From: Macrostomum lignano
Taxonomy: Eukaryota
Reading direction: 5' to 3'
DNA length: 64,000 bases
NCBI GenBank assembly: GCA_002269645.1
Contig: NIVC01001193.1
Location: 35,785-99,784, forward strand
The translations under genes and the position numbers were made by a program. Of this stretch, positions 17,183-30,689 are shown piece after piece. The notes beneath the pieces are model-generated. The model had not been told where the DNA came from. It searched no databases and saw only the letters and a list, made by a program, of their open reading frames with translations. Position 1 is the stretch's first letter. The number at the start of each line of letters is the position of its first letter.

Positions 17183-17348
17183 AAGGATGGAAGGGATGAA
17201 AAATGGGGAGAAAGGGAAGATGGGCGAGAAGGCTGAGTACGGTGATGGAGAAAGCTCTCAGTTAGGGAGATGTACTTTCTTCTCATGCAGGCAGCACCCA
17301 AATCCATGGCAGTGAAGCCGTGTGAGCTGATGCCATTTGTTTAACTAG

Positions 17349-17362
17349 GTAACCATGACAAC
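17349..17362. promoter_or_regulatory. X-box-like motif upstream of PAL
   Basis: GTAACCATGACAAC about 0.8 kb 5' of the PAL ATG. Confidence 0.35.
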
Positions 17363-17689
17363 AAACTGTGTCTGTAGGAGAGGAGCTATTAAGACAGAGT
17401 GATCTATTTTGGGATGAGAAGTTACGAAATGCGAACCCGTTAAAAGTATAAAATCTGTAGTTTTAATTTACGTAATTTATAATCAACCAAGCATAATTGT
17501 GTAGACTAAAATTTAAAAAATTATTAAAACTTTTTTGTCTGGTTTTTTCCTGGCGACTAGCTTACGTAATATTCGAAGAAAGACAGCTAGTCGAAGCAAG
17601 AAATGGGAAGAACAGGGAGGGAGGAAGAAGGAAGAGAGAGTGGAAGAGAGGCATAGGCCGAACGAGAGAAGGAGACAGAAAGGAAATGA

Positions 17690-18270
17690 GGGAGAGGGAG
17701 AGAGGCAGAGAGGGAGAGGCAGAGAGGGAGAGGCAGAGAGGGAGAGAAGGGGAGAGGGAGAGAGGGAGAGGCAGAGAGGGAGAGGCAGAGAGGGAGAGGC
17801 AGAGAGGGAGAGGCAGAGAGGGAGAGGCAGAGAGGGAGAGGCAGAGAGGGAGAGAAGGGGAGAGGGAGAGAGGGAGAGGCAGAGAGGGAGAGGCAGAGAG
17901 GGAGAGGCAGAGAGGGAGAGGCAGAGAGGGAGAGGCAGAGAGGAGAGGCAGAGAGGGAGAGGCAGAGAGGGAGAGGCAGAGAGGGAGAGGCAGAGAGGGA
18001 GAGGCAGAGAGGGAGAGGCAGAGAGGGAGAGGCAGAGAGGGAGAGGCAGAGAGGGAGAGGCAGAGAGGGAGAGGCAGAGAGGGAGAGGCAGAGAGGGAGA
18101 GGCAGAGAGGGAGAGGCAGAGAGGGAGAGGCAGAGAGGGAGAGGCAGAGAGGGAGAGGCAGAGAGGGAGAGGCAGAGAGGGAGAGGCAGAGAGGGAGAGG
18201 CAGAGAGGGAGAGGCAGAGAGGGAGAGGCAGAGAAGGAGAGGCAGAGATAGAGGGAGAGGCAGAGAGAAG
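17690..18270. repeat. 14-bp purine minisatellite GAGAGGGAGAGGCA
   Basis: Directly visible. Confidence 0.95.
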
Positions 18271-18475
18271 GGGAAAGTGCTAACATTGACAGCATAAGCC
18301 GTGTACGCATACAAAGCAGAAGACTTTAATATAACACTGATTGAAGATTGCACACATACCATGCCTATTGCCATGTCAAATGAATAGCAATAATAATATT
18401 TAATATTAATAATAATAATAATGATAATAATCCGCAATACAACAAAGAAGACAATGAAATTTCAGAGCACGCAGC

Positions 18476-19096
18476 TCAGACCGAGCAGCTCTGGTCATAG
18501 CTGGGCGGCCGAGCCGCTGCCACAGCCGCTTCGTACGACGGCGGCGGCGTCACGTGATGATTCACTCCGTCAGAATGCGGACAGTCGCCGGGGCAAACTT
18601 CTGTCAATCTCAACTGCTGTTGTTGCAGTCGCTGCCGCCGGGCTGGTGGAGGCCTGCTGGCGCGCCACTGTCGCTGAGTTGATGCAGTCGATCTTTCCAG
18701 CGCAATCAGCGAGGCCAGGTTGGTGCAGCAGAGCAGCACGGAGAGGCAGGCGGTGACGCTGAGGCCAATCAGATCGAAGCCAACTGGCCGCAGGGACAGG
18801 CGGATGGCCAGCAGCGCCGACACGAACAGGCAGACGGTGCTGAATGCGACGCTGAGCCACAGCTTGGTTGACTGACAGACGGACAGCAGAGGCGAGGCCG
18901 CCAGCAGGCCGACACAGCCGGCCGCGGCCAGCAGCATTCGTTGGCCAAGCTCGGATCTGGCCGCCGCTGGTGCCACTGCGCCGCCGCTCGAGTTGGAGGC
19001 GTGGCGAATGGCGCTGACAGCAATTTGAAGTGCACCGGCTAGGATCAGCAGGCTGCTGAACACCAGGGACAGGACGAGCAGAGCTCGGGACAGCAT
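18476..19096 (-). CDS. Uncharacterised four-TM membrane protein with two C-terminal PPxY motifs
   Basis: 206-aa single-exon GC-rich ORF with four hydrophobic segments and a tail containing PPPSY and RPPSY. Confidence 0.75.
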   Translation of the reverse strand: MLSRALLVLSLVFSSLLILAGALQIAVSAIRHASNSSGGAVAPAAARSELGQRMLLAAAGCVGLLAASPLLSVCQSTKLWLSVAFSTVCLFVSALLAIRLSLRPVGFDLIGLSVTACLSVLLCCTNLASLIALERSTASTQRQWRASRPPPARRQRLQQQQLRLTEVCPGDCPHSDGVNHHVTPPPSYEAAVAAARPPSYDQSCSV

Positions 19097-19289
19097 GCCG
19101 GTTTGAGTTGCCGCCCCTCTCAGATGCTAATAATAATAACACGAGTTTATTCTGTGATAACATGGAATTTTCCACTGTAGATCCCCGTTTGGGCCATAGA
19201 CAGTGAAAAGCAAGTCTTCAATAGATTGATTATTCCAACTGGGAATTGAACTGCTTGATCTCAGGCTCAATTGAAGCCTGTAGTATACT

Positions 19290-20160
19290 AAATTAATCCC
19301 TTCTCCCTTCTCCCTTTTCCCTTCCCCCTTCTCCCTTCTCCCTTCTCCTTTCTCCCTTCCCCCTTCTCCCTTCTCCCTTCTCCCTTCCCCCTTTTCCCTT
19401 CCCCCTTCTCCCTTCTCCCTTCTCCTTTCTCCCTTCTCCCTTCTCCTTTCCCCCTTCTCCCTTCTCCCTTTTCCCTCTCCCCTTCTCCCTTCTCCCTTCT
19501 CCTTTCTCCCTTCTCTCTTCTCCCTTTTCTCTTCTCCCTTCCCCCTTCCCCCTTCTCCCTTCTCCCTTCTCCCTTCCCCCTTCTCCCTCTCCCCTTCTCC
19601 CTTCTCCCTTCTCCCTACTCCCTTCTCCCTTCTCCTTTCTCCCTTCTCCCTTTTCCCTTTTCCCTTCCCCCTTCTCCCTTCTCCCTTCTCCCTTCTCCTT
19701 TCTCCCTTCTCCCTTTTCCCTTTTCCCTCCCCCCTTCTCCCTTCTCCCTTCTCCCTTCCCCCTTCTCCCTTCCCCTTCTCCCTCTCCCCTTCTCCCTTCT
19801 CCCTTCTCCTTTCTCCCTTCTCCTTTCTCCCTTCGCCCTTTTCCCTTCTCCCTTCCCCTTCTCCCTCTCCCCTTCTCCCTTCTCCCTTCTCCTTTCTCCC
19901 TTCTCCTTTCTCCCTTCGCCCTTTTCCCTTCTCCCTTCCCCCTTCTCCCTTTTCCCTCCCCCTTCTCCCTTCTCCCTTCTCCTTTCTCCCTTCCCCCTTC
20001 TCCCTTCTCCCTTCTCCCTTCCCCCTTCTCCCTCTCCCCTTCTCCCTTCTCCCTTCTTCCTTCTCACTTCTCCTTTCTTTCTTTTCACTTTTCCATTCTC
20101 CCTTCTCTCTTCTCCCTTTCCCTTCTTCCTTCTCCCTTCTCCCTTCTCTCTTCTCCACCT
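19290..20160. repeat. 7-bp pyrimidine repeat TTCTCCC
   Basis: Directly visible. Confidence 0.95.
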
Positions 20161-20340
20161 ACCCTTCTCAATATTCCTAATCGAAGTCAGATAACCAGAA
20201 AATGTGTATTTTCACAAATAACAACTGCAATGTAGGTTACATTTTTCATTATATTATTTAAGTGCACGAATTTGATTTTCAAAACTTTTAAGCTACTCAC
20301 ATCAATATTTGACATAATTGGAGCCATAGTTGGAGATTAG

Positions 20341-20468
20341 GTTCTGGGACAGGGTTCTGGGACAGGGTTCTGGGCCAGGGTTCTGGGACAGGGTTCTGGG
20401 ACAGGGTTCTGGGACAGGGTTCTGGGACAGGGTTCTTGGAAAGGGTTCTGGGACAGGGTTCTGGGACA
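20341..20468. repeat. 13-bp minisatellite GGGACAGGGTTCT
   Basis: About 10 copies. Confidence 0.92.
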
Positions 20469-20754
20469 TTTTATGTAGTGAAACGACACCTTAATGTTTA
20501 ATTCCACCAGTCAGTCAGATGTTGGTTCTGTGTTCAAAAAAGCAAAAAAAAATCAATCCAATAAGTGACTTATGGTACATTTTCATGTTTTGTACATATA
20601 AGTGACTTTTTTCACCTTTTTAGTGTGCAAAGAAAGCAAAAATAAAATAAAGCTTGTCCGACTCGAAACATCCTACTGATAAGCTCCTCTAACAGTAGTG
20701 CAATATTAGCTAAATGTTAAATTAGATTTTTATGCGCAATTTAGCATGCTGGGC

Positions 20755-23700
20755 CTAGCAGTTGCTGTCGCTGCTCTCGCTGTCCCACCGACTGTGGGCG
20801 CCGAACTTTCCAATTGCGCCTGCAGCCTCGCCCATGCCGCCGCCACCGCCGCCGCCGTTGGGCAGGTGGACCTTCATGTGCCGGTTGAGGTTGCCGCTCT
20901 GTGAGAACCGCAGCAGGCACAGCTGGCATTGGTAGGGCTTTTCGCCGCTGTGAACCCGCAGGTGCTTGGTCAGGGTGCTGCTGTCTGAGAAGGCCTTGCC
21001 GCACAGCGGACAGGCGTAGGGCCGTTCGCCGCTGTGCGTCCTCATGTGAGTTGTGACTGACGAGCTCTGTGAGAAGCGCCGGTCGCAGATGCCACAGCGA
21101 AACGGTTTTTCTCCCGAATGGGTGCGCAGGTGGGCGGTGAGGTTGGCGGCCTGTGCGGGGTTTTTGGTGGAAAGTTTATGCATGCATTTAAGCTACTTTC
21201 AGTTAAGTAGTAGAATTGCATAAAAATGCAATATTAATATAGTAAGTTGACAATTTTATAATCTCAATGGACGCTTTCCTGTCTATGGCTAAAAGTAAGG
21301 AACTGAGTCAAAACTCAAGCAAACTAGGCAAGACTAAATTATTTCTTAGAATCCTTACTATTGAACCGGCTGGAAAGGATAAGGACGAAAAAAGAAACTT
21401 TATTTAATAGTTGAGAACTGCCGTTTGGCAGCAGTAGATTCGGTCTTGCCCATAGACATAGACGGAAAAAGGCAAGCAGGTTTGGTCATAGACAGCGGCA
21501 CAATAAAAAAGGATGCCAGTAGCTGCCAACCTCTCGCGTAGAAATCATCGACTTCCATGCAGTAGAGATCATGGAAGCTGGGGTTGGCAAACCATTAATC
21601 TTGACTGCGGGCCAGAGGAGGGAAGAGAGGAGATGGAATAGAAAAGAGAGGAGAGGAGAGAAGATAAGGGGGGAGGAGGAAAGGGGGAGAAAAGGAGAGA
21701 AGAGAGAAGAGAGGAGAGAGGAGAGGATAGGAGAAGAGAGGAGAGGAGAGGAGAGGAGAGGAGAGGAAAAGGGAGGAGACGAGAGGAGAGGAGAGGAGAG
21801 AAGAGAAGAGAGAAGAGAAGAGAGAGGAGAGGAGAGGAGAGGAGAGGAGAGGACAGGAGAGTAGAGGAGAGGAGAGGAGAGGAGAGGAGAGGACAGGAGA
21901 GGAGAGGAGAAGAGAGGAGAGGAGAGGACAGGAGAGGAGAGGAGAGGAGATGAGATGAGAGGAGAGGAGAGGAGAGGAGAGGAGAGGAAAAGGGAGAAGA
22001 CGAGAGGAGAGGAGAGAAGAGAAGAGAGAAGAGAGGAGAGAGGAGAGGAGAGGAGAGGAGAGGAGAGGAGAGGAGAGGAGAGGAGAGGAGAGGAGAGGAC
22101 AGGAGAGTAGAGGAGAGGAGAGGAGAGGAGAGGAGAGAACAGGAGAGGAGAGGAGAAGAGAGGAGAGGAGAGGACAGGAGATGAGAGGAGAGGAGATGAG
22201 ATGAGAGGAGAGGAGAGGAGAGGAGAGGAGAGGAGAGGAGAGGAGAGGAGAGGAGAGGAGAGGAGAGGACAGGAGAGGAGAGGAGAGGAGAGGAGAGGAC
22301 AGGAGAGGAGAGGAGAAGAGAGGAGAGGAGAGGAGAGGACAGGAGAGGAGAGGAGATGAGATGAGATGAGAGGAGAGGAGAGGAGAGGAGAGGAGAGGAA
22401 AGGAAAGGAGAGGAGAGGAGGGAAGAGGAGAGGAGATTAGAGACTCCTGGTCTAAAGGCAATAAAAGCAATCCTATACATTCCTACCTAGATACAAAGCA
22501 GGATTTAACAAAGTTTCAAAGTTTCAAATTTTCCTCACCTGCGAGAAAGTTTTGTCGCAAACGTGACAGCGGAACGGCCGCTCTCCGCTGTGCGTTCTCA
22601 TGTGTGTCTTGAGCGTTGAGCTTCGCGCATAGGCCTTGCCGCACACCGGACACACGTTCAGCTTCTCGGACTCCGCCTCTGCACCGCTGCTGCCGCCGCC
22701 GCTGCCACCGCCGCCGCCGCCTCCGCTGGTGGCGCCTGGGAGCTCATGGAAGCTGTTCAGCATTCCTGAGCTGCCGACGCCGCCGCCGAGGGCACCTCCT
22801 CCGCCGCTACCATCGAGGCCGTAGCCGCCGCAGTAGCCGACAAAGTTGAACGCTGACGGCTGCGGCTGCTGATGCGGCATCGCGGAAGCGGCTGCGCCGC
22901 TGCCACCAACTATTCCCGCGCCTCCTCCCAGGTAGTCATGGTAGCCGCCTCCGCCACTGTGGTGGTGATGGTGATGGTGATGGTGGTGGCTGTGCCTTGC
23001 GGTGGCTGCCGCTGCCGCCGCCGCAGCAGCAGCCGCAGCCGCCGCAGCCGCCTGTGACGAACTAGGTTGATGCGATTGCTGTTGTTGTTGCTGCTGCAAG
23101 TGCGGCTGATTGCTGGGTGCAAGAGGCTGCTGGTGCTGCAGTTGCTGCAGACTTGAATGTTGCTGCGGCGAATTGATCGCCTGCAACTGGTATTGATGCG
23201 GCTGCTGCGGCTGCGGCTGCGGCTGCTGTCCCAGATGGTGCTCGGACTCCGGGCACAGTCCCGCAGCGGCAGCGGCGGCGGCAGCAGCGGCAGCAGCGGC
23301 TGTGGCCGTATCCTCATACGAGTAATACTCGTAGGAGTGCCAGGCCTGACCGCTTCCGCCGCCGCCGCCGTCGCCGCCAGCAGCGTAGCGCAGACTCGGC
23401 TGAGGCGGATGCTGCATCGCTTCGTGCCTCGCTGCGACACTGCCGCCGACTCCGCTGCTGCCGCTGGCAACTGCTGAGCCACCGCCGTGGCAGGTAATGG
23501 CCGCGGTGGCTGCTAAGCCCAGGTTCATGTTCATGTTCAAGTTGATGTTCATCGCCGCCGGATAGAACCCGCCACCGCCGCTGCCGCCGCCAGGGCCACC
23601 GCCAGCGCTGCCGCCACCGTAGTCGTGATAGGCGGTTGAAGACATGAGCGTCAGGTCGTGGTCGGCGTGGAATAGCGAAGCAGTCAGCTCGTGCGGGTGA

Positions 23701-24790
23701 TGGCCCGGATGGGGATGATGATGGTGTAGGCTTGGCTGATGAAGCTGCTGCTGCTGCTGATGCTGGTGCAGGTGATGCTGGGCGAGTCCGAAGTCTGACG
23801 ACTTCTCTCGTCTGCGCAGGTCAACAGCAGGCGGCTGGAATGCCGTCTGCGGCCTGCAGGTTCGAAAAAGGCGAATTCCTAGTTTCCAAGCTGGAAACTT
23901 CCCAAACTGGAAACTCCATAGACTGGAAACTTCCCAAACTGGAAACCTCCTAAACTGGAAACTTCCTAAACTGGCAGCCTCCTAGACTGGAAACCTCCTA
24001 AACTGGAAGCCTCCTAAACTGGCAGCCTCCTAAACTGGAAGCCTCCTAAACTGGCAGCCTCCTAAACTGGAAACCTTCTAAACTGGAAGCCTCCTAAACT
24101 GGCAGCCTCCTAAACTGGAAACCTTCTAAACTGGAAACTTCCTAAACTGGAAACCTCCTAAAATGGAAGCCTCCTAAACTGGAAACTTCATAGACTGGAA
24201 ACTTCATAGACTGGAAACTTCATAGACTGGAAACTTCCCAAACTGGAAACTTCCCAAATTGGAAACTTCAGACTGACTTCAGTCTGTCGGCATCAACTGG
24301 AGTTCTAGTTGATCAGCAGTTCGACAAAATTAGAATTTTTTTCTCACCGATAACCTGGCGAAGCTGCAGCCATGGCGCTGTAAAAAGGAGTCTGCTGGTG
24401 CAGGTACTGCGCCGACTGTTGCTGCTGCAGCAGCACCTGATGCTGCTCGTGATCATTCGCTGTCTGCGGCGTCAGCGGAGATCGAGGCGACGGTGAAGAC
24501 GACGGAGGCGGCGGCGGCTGATGCTGAGGGAGTCTGCAAGCGGCGCCGTTAGCCGTTGGCTGATGATGGTGCTGATGATGGTGCTGCTGCTGATGCTGGG
24601 CAAAATGCCCGGTTGCTGTGGCCGCCGCTGCGGCTGCCGCGGCTACGGCGGTTGCTGCAACCGCAGCCACTGCCGATGTGGCGGCGGTGGCTGCCGTGCT
24701 GTGCTGCCCGACGCCTCTCCCGACGCTTCCGTTTCCTCCGCTGACGCCGCCGCCGCCCCGCTTGAACGCCGCATCGAAGCAGCACTCCAT
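20755..24790 (-). CDS. gl: Glass-family C2H2 zinc-finger transcription factor (5 fingers)
   Basis: Exons 24790-24348, 23853-22539 and 21150-20755 (phases 2, 0). The finger array [62 protein letters not shown] matches the Glass signature. Confidence 0.93.
21615..22435. repeat. (GGAGA)n repeat (glass intron 2)
   Basis: Directly visible. Confidence 0.95.
23890..24268. repeat. 16-bp minisatellite AAACTGGAAACTTCCT (glass intron 1)
   Basis: Directly visible. Confidence 0.92.
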
Positions 24791-26199
24791 CTTCAGCTGC
24801 GGATTGATAAGAAATGGAAACTGATGTCGATGGATTTGGCTGCAGCTCTCTGGGCCTCTCGAGGTGAGTTTTCAACGAAGCGCGGAGGCTGAGGAGGATG
24901 ATGAGGCGGCGAATGATTTCGAGTCGAATGAACTAGAGAGAGAGAGAGTTGATGAGGCGAGGGGTGGGGGCTGATGAAGCCTCTCAAAGTGAAAATGGAT
25001 AGATGAAAAATTAGTAATAAAAACTGATGTCAAAAAAGCATTTGCTTCTTTTTTCAATTTCTTTGCTGCTTTCCAGCGCCTCCCCGCTGCCTCAGTTAGA
25101 GGGATTCCCTCACCGAATAGCCGCCCGCTGCCGGCCTGTGCATCCGCGTTCGAAAGCTGAGCTTGAGTTCGCTGCTCGTTGCCACTCACTCCGGCGGGGG
25201 GTCTCGGGTTTTGGAACCAAATTAAAAAGGTTTTTATATATGCTAATATCCTGTAGGTATGGGCAGAGATACACGCCTGTCGAGCAGTAAATAAATTGGT
25301 TAATTTTTTGAAGAGTTAAAAGCAATCGTTGCGGCCCTTTATGGGCCTGCAGCCTCGCGAAGGTAAAAAGGGCCACAGAATTTGGCGGGCTTCATCCTGG
25401 GGCTCCTCCTTCGAGCTCCCCTTTCACCCCCACCCCCCACCACCTGATGGAGGCCGCGCCTACCCGACCGAATGTGCCAAAACTGGGATTGGGCGTGGGC
25501 ACTCCGAGCCGGGATGAAGCTCCACAAGTGCCTCTCCTCTCCGCCTCAGCCTCCCCTCCCCAGGCCTCGAGCGCTCCGCCATTGGTTGGCCGCCACCCGC
25601 CCTTAGTAGGTCTTCCCAAAATTTTCCCCCCGAATCGAGCAAAAATCTCACAGGGAGAAATTGTTTCTTTGTTTCTCAGTTCAGCGAGCGCCCGGTCTCC
25701 TTCATCAGGGTCTCTCCTGTTCGTGGCTGTTTCGCCATCCCTCTCGGGTCGAAGCAGTCATGCGCGATTGCCCGCCTACCGTATTTTTGGGATCGGGGAT
25801 TATCTTCCCCGTTCAACTGCAGAGAGAGAGAGGGGATTAACTTGCTTAAAGTGACTTTTTGAGGTTGTTGGTCCTCTTGCAGCTGTCGTGTGTGACCTTC
25901 GGTTCTTCATGCCCCGGGCTAATTTAGCGTGAAATTTGCGGAATAAATACAGTTTCAATGACAGATTTGGGTGCAACAGGTGCGGTTTAGTGAAGTTTCT
26001 TATGCAATCGAATTTGTTAATTTTTTGTGATGAAGTGTTTAATAATTGCATCAGACGGCCCTTTATTGTTCGTTTGATAAATTGTGTTCCAGACATTGCT
26101 TTAAGCAAGTCGTTTTTTATGGAAATATAAAAGATTGAGTAGGGATGGACAGAAAGGAATATACTAAATTGACTGCTACAGAGGGTTAGAGTAGACAGA

Positions 26200-27248
26200 A
26201 GCAGTAGACAGATAGAATAGAGTGAAAAAAAGTCGATAGATGATAGACCATAGAGTAGAATAGAGTGGATAGATGATAGACCATAGAGTAGAATAGAGTG
26301 GATGGATGATAGACCATAGAGTAGAATAGAGTGGATAGATGCTAGACCATAGAGTAGAATAGAGTGAACAGATGATAGACCATAGAGTAGAATAGAGTGG
26401 ACAGATGATAGACCATAGAGTAGAATAGAGTGGACAGATGATAGACCATAGAGTAGAATAGAGTGGACAGATAATAGACCATAGAGTAGAATAGAGTGAA
26501 TATATGATATACCATAGAGTAGAATAGAGTGGATGGATGATATACCATAGAGTAGAATAGAGTGGATAGATGATAGACCATAGAGTAGAATAGAGTGGAT
26601 GGATTATAGACCATAGAGTAGAATAGAGTGGACAGATGATAGACCATAGAGTAGAATAGAGTGGACAGATGATAGACCATAGAGTAGAATAGAGTGGACA
26701 GATAATAGACCATGGAGTAGAATAGAGTGAATATATGATATACCATAGAGTAGAATAGAGTGGATGGATGATATACCATAGAGTAGAATAGAGTGGATAG
26801 ATGATAGACCATAGAGTAGAATAGAGTGGATGGATGCTATACCATAGAGTAGAATAGAGTGGATAGATGATAGACCATAGAGTAGAATAGAGTGGATGGA
26901 TTATAGACCATAGAGTAGAATAGAGTGGATGGATTATAGACCATAGAGTAGAATAGAGTGAATAGATGATAGGCCATAGAGTAGAATAGAGTGGATGGAT
27001 TATAGACCATAGAGTAGAATAGAGTGAATAGATGATAGACCATAGAGTAGAATAGAGTGGATGGATTATAGACCATAGAGTAGAATAGAGTGGATGGATT
27101 ATAGACCATAGAGTAGAATAGAGTGGATAGATGATAGACCATAGAGTAGAATAGAGTGGATGGATTATAGACCATAGAGTAGAATAGAGTGGACAGATGA
27201 TAGACCATAGAGTAGAATAGAGTGGATAGATGATAGGCCATAGAGTAG
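26200..27248. repeat. 33-bp minisatellite AGACCATAGAGTAGAATAGAGTGGATAGATGAT
   Basis: Period measured from the line offsets. Confidence 0.95.
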
Positions 27249-27746
27249 AGCAAGTAGGAGAATTTCGATTGCCTCCAGACGGCGAAAGCTTCAACAAGAA
27301 CCTAGAAGGAGAAAAAGTATTTACAAAACAGACGGTCTCATGTTGTCAACAGCAACCCCCCCCCTACTCATCAAAGCTCGTGAGACAAAAACAACTGACT
27401 ATAGACTGTGACACCAGGTTGAAATTATCAGCTCAACAAGGTGCGGTCTCGATATTAATCTTGACAAAATTTATATATAACGCCGAGCATTGATTGGCGA
27501 GGTCATTTGACAGGTGAGATAAAAATCGTTGAGGGGACAGACAGGCTAACAAAGCCCATTCCGTGTTAGCTGCGGATACAGCTGTGTGCATCTGTTTGAC
27601 TATTTCAATCAACCCTAGCTTGGCAACTAATCTTATATTCTACAAGGAGAGCCGGTGACAGAAGATTTCCGCAGATAAGTGCCTAAATAATGGTCGAATT
27701 TTGGCGACAAGTTTTTTATTTACTATGAATAACAGACACGAGATAA

Positions 27747-28333
27747 AATCTCCTTCCATGAGAATCTCCTTCCATGAGAATCTCCTTCCATGAGAATCTC
27801 CTTCCATGAGAATCTCCTTCCATGAGAATCTCCTTCCATGAGAATCTCCTTCCATGAGAATCTCCTTCCATGAGAATCTCCTTCCATGAGAATCTCCTTC
27901 CATGAGAATCTCCTTCCATGAGAATCTCCTTCCATGAGAATCTCCTTCCATGAGAATCTCCTTCCATGAGAATCTCCTTCCATGAGAATCTCCTTCCATG
28001 AGAATCTCCTTCCATGAGAATCTCCTTCCATGAGAATCTCCTTCCATGAGAATCTCCTTCCATGAGAATCTCCTTCCATGAGAATCTCCTTCCATGAGAA
28101 TCTCCTTCCATGAGAATCTCCTTCCATGAGAATCTCCTTCCATGAGAATCTCCTTCCATGAGAATCTCCTTCCTTCATCTAGAGACAGAGCTGGAGTCAT
28201 CTAGAGACAGAGCTGGAGTCATCTAGAGACACAGCTGGAGTCATCTAGAGACAGAGCTGGAGTCATCTAGAGACACAGCTGGAGTCATCTAGAGACAGAG
28301 CTGGAGTCATCTAGAGACACAGCTGGAGTCATC
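27747..28333. repeat. Abutting arrays: 16-bp TCCTTCCATGAGAATC and 22-bp CATCTAGAGACAGAGCTGGAGT
   Basis: The junction is at about 28175. Confidence 0.95.
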
Positions 28334-28734
28334 TGCACAATCCAGAGACATTGCTTTCCAAAATAAAAGCCAACAGCAGACCAGGCGCACCGCTTCCGTG
28401 ACCCAGATTAATTCCCTTTTGCTCGGCTAATCTCCATGGGGATTTATTATTGAGAAATTCGGGCAAGCAAGGCTTCCCTATGCGCTGTGCTCGTTGCCGA
28501 GCGCTGGAGGCGAGACGGGACGGTCGGGGAAGCGCGCAGAGGCCGCAGCGCACGCAAAGACAACCAGAGGCAGATGGACACAGGGGGGGGGGGTAGGGGG
28601 TATCTAAGGGGGCGATGAAGCATAAAAGAGCTACTTGGGTTTTGGAATATATTTGAATCCGTTCGGCTTTTCTATCTGCCGCTGTTCATGGACCCCTTCA
28701 CGAGCCCCTGGACTGGAGAGCGGAGCCGAGGCAT

Positions 28735-29597
28735 TAGCGAGCGTGACATATACGCACATGACATAAGCGAGTGAGAAGACATATATGCACATGACATAAG
28801 CGAGCGAGACATATACGCACATGACATAAGCGAGCGAGACATATACGCACATGACATAAGCGAGCGAGACATATATGCACATGACATAAGCGAGCGAGAC
28901 ATATATGCACATGACATAAGCGAGTGAGAAGACATATATGCACATGACATAAGCGAGTGAGAAGACATATATGCACATGACATAAGCGAGCGAGACATAT
29001 ACGCACATGACATAAGCGAGCGAGACATATATGCACATGACATAAGCGAGCGAGACATATACGCACATGACATAAGCGAGCGAGACATATACGCACATGA
29101 CATAAGCGAGCGAGACATATATGCACATGACATAAGCGAGCGAGACATATACGCACATGACATAAGCGAGCGAGACATATATGCACATGACATAAGCGAG
29201 CGAGACATATACGCACATGACATAAGCGAGCGAGACATATACGCACATGACATAAGCGAGCGAGACATATGTGCACATGACATAAGCGAGCGAGACATAT
29301 ACGCACATGACATAAGCGAGCGAGACATATATGCACATGACATAAGCGAGTGAGAAGACATATATGCACATGACATAAGCGAGCGAGACATATACGCACA
29401 TGACATAAGCGAGTGAGAAGACATATATGCACATGACATAAGCGAGCGAGACATATATGCACATGACATAAGCGAGTGAGAAGACATATGCACATGACAT
29501 AAGCGAGCGAGACATATACGCACATGACATAAGCGAGTGAGAAGACATATATGCACATGACATAAGCGAGCGAGACATATATGCACATGACATAAGA
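28735..29597. repeat. 30/32-bp minisatellite GACATATAYGCACATGACATAAGCGAGCGA
   Basis: Directly visible. Confidence 0.95.
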
Positions 29598-30689
29598 ACT
29601 TCAATATATTCGAATGTTTAAACTGAGACGATCTTCTTGCAAAAAAGGAAGCAAAAGTGCTTTTCTCTGTCAATAAACTTCAAGCATTCATTTTGGCCAA
29701 TATTTCTCGGCTCGTTCCAGTCCAACGACACATTTTGAGGGGTCCATGACGTTACCCCAGCCCGGCAGTGGCTCAGCAGTTAGTCCGCCAGCCAACTGTC
29801 CACTTTACTGTATAGGATGACAGCCCTGTCCAGTCTTATCTTAACTTTCTCTCTCCCCTCGGAGTGATTAGCCTGAACTATCGCGTGACCAGCGGCGCTA
29901 CGTTAAAGAGAAAAAATCTTTAAGCGGAAATTCACAAAGGTAAAAATTAACGGCCGGGGATTTTTCGGCTGGAGAGAGACGGTAAGCCTTCGGTTTCTAA
30001 GAAGCCAGCTATCTGTCGCCCGAGGCAGTGTGACAGGGGGATGCGACTGCTAATTCCTTGAAATCTGGCTCCACAGGTGAACAAAGAGAGAGAGAGAGAG
30101 GCGCTGTTTGATGTACCGGAAAATAGAAAGTCAAGTGGACGCCCACAGTTAACAACGACTTTTGTTAGCGGCTAATTGTAAATAAGTGAGTGAACTTAGT
30201 GAATCAAACAATGTTCCAATGGGCTGGTTGCGCTATGGACAGCATATATAATATAAATATACCAATATACATGTACCTGTGAATAATTAGAAAGGTTTTT
30301 GTTTGTGCGTTTGTGCAACCAAGTCAAAGACAGTTGCAAAAGACAACCTTTAGCTGTTTCACTCTAATCGCAGTACATGCTAATATCATTATTAATCATA
30401 TATGACATATGGGTGCTTCCGCAACAACAGTGCAGACGCGTGAGTTTATCATTATATTTATTTTATATAATAAGCGCATACAGTACAATATTGGATGCAA
30501 GAGTGCTTTAATCAACAAAAAATATCTGATATTTGAGACACATCTATAGATTACAGAGTGGTATCTGTGATAAACGGTAGATAGCCGAAGGATATACGTA
30601 CATGTAACTATCGCAAACTTATTAAGCAATAAAATTCTCTTATCTACATTTTTATGGTTACTACAATTTTTTGGGCCACCAAATCGTTT

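Noticed and set aside
16893-17315. 140-aa ORF upstream of PAL
   Set aside because: It runs through (GA)n(GT)n and has no domain features, so it is probably promoter DNA.
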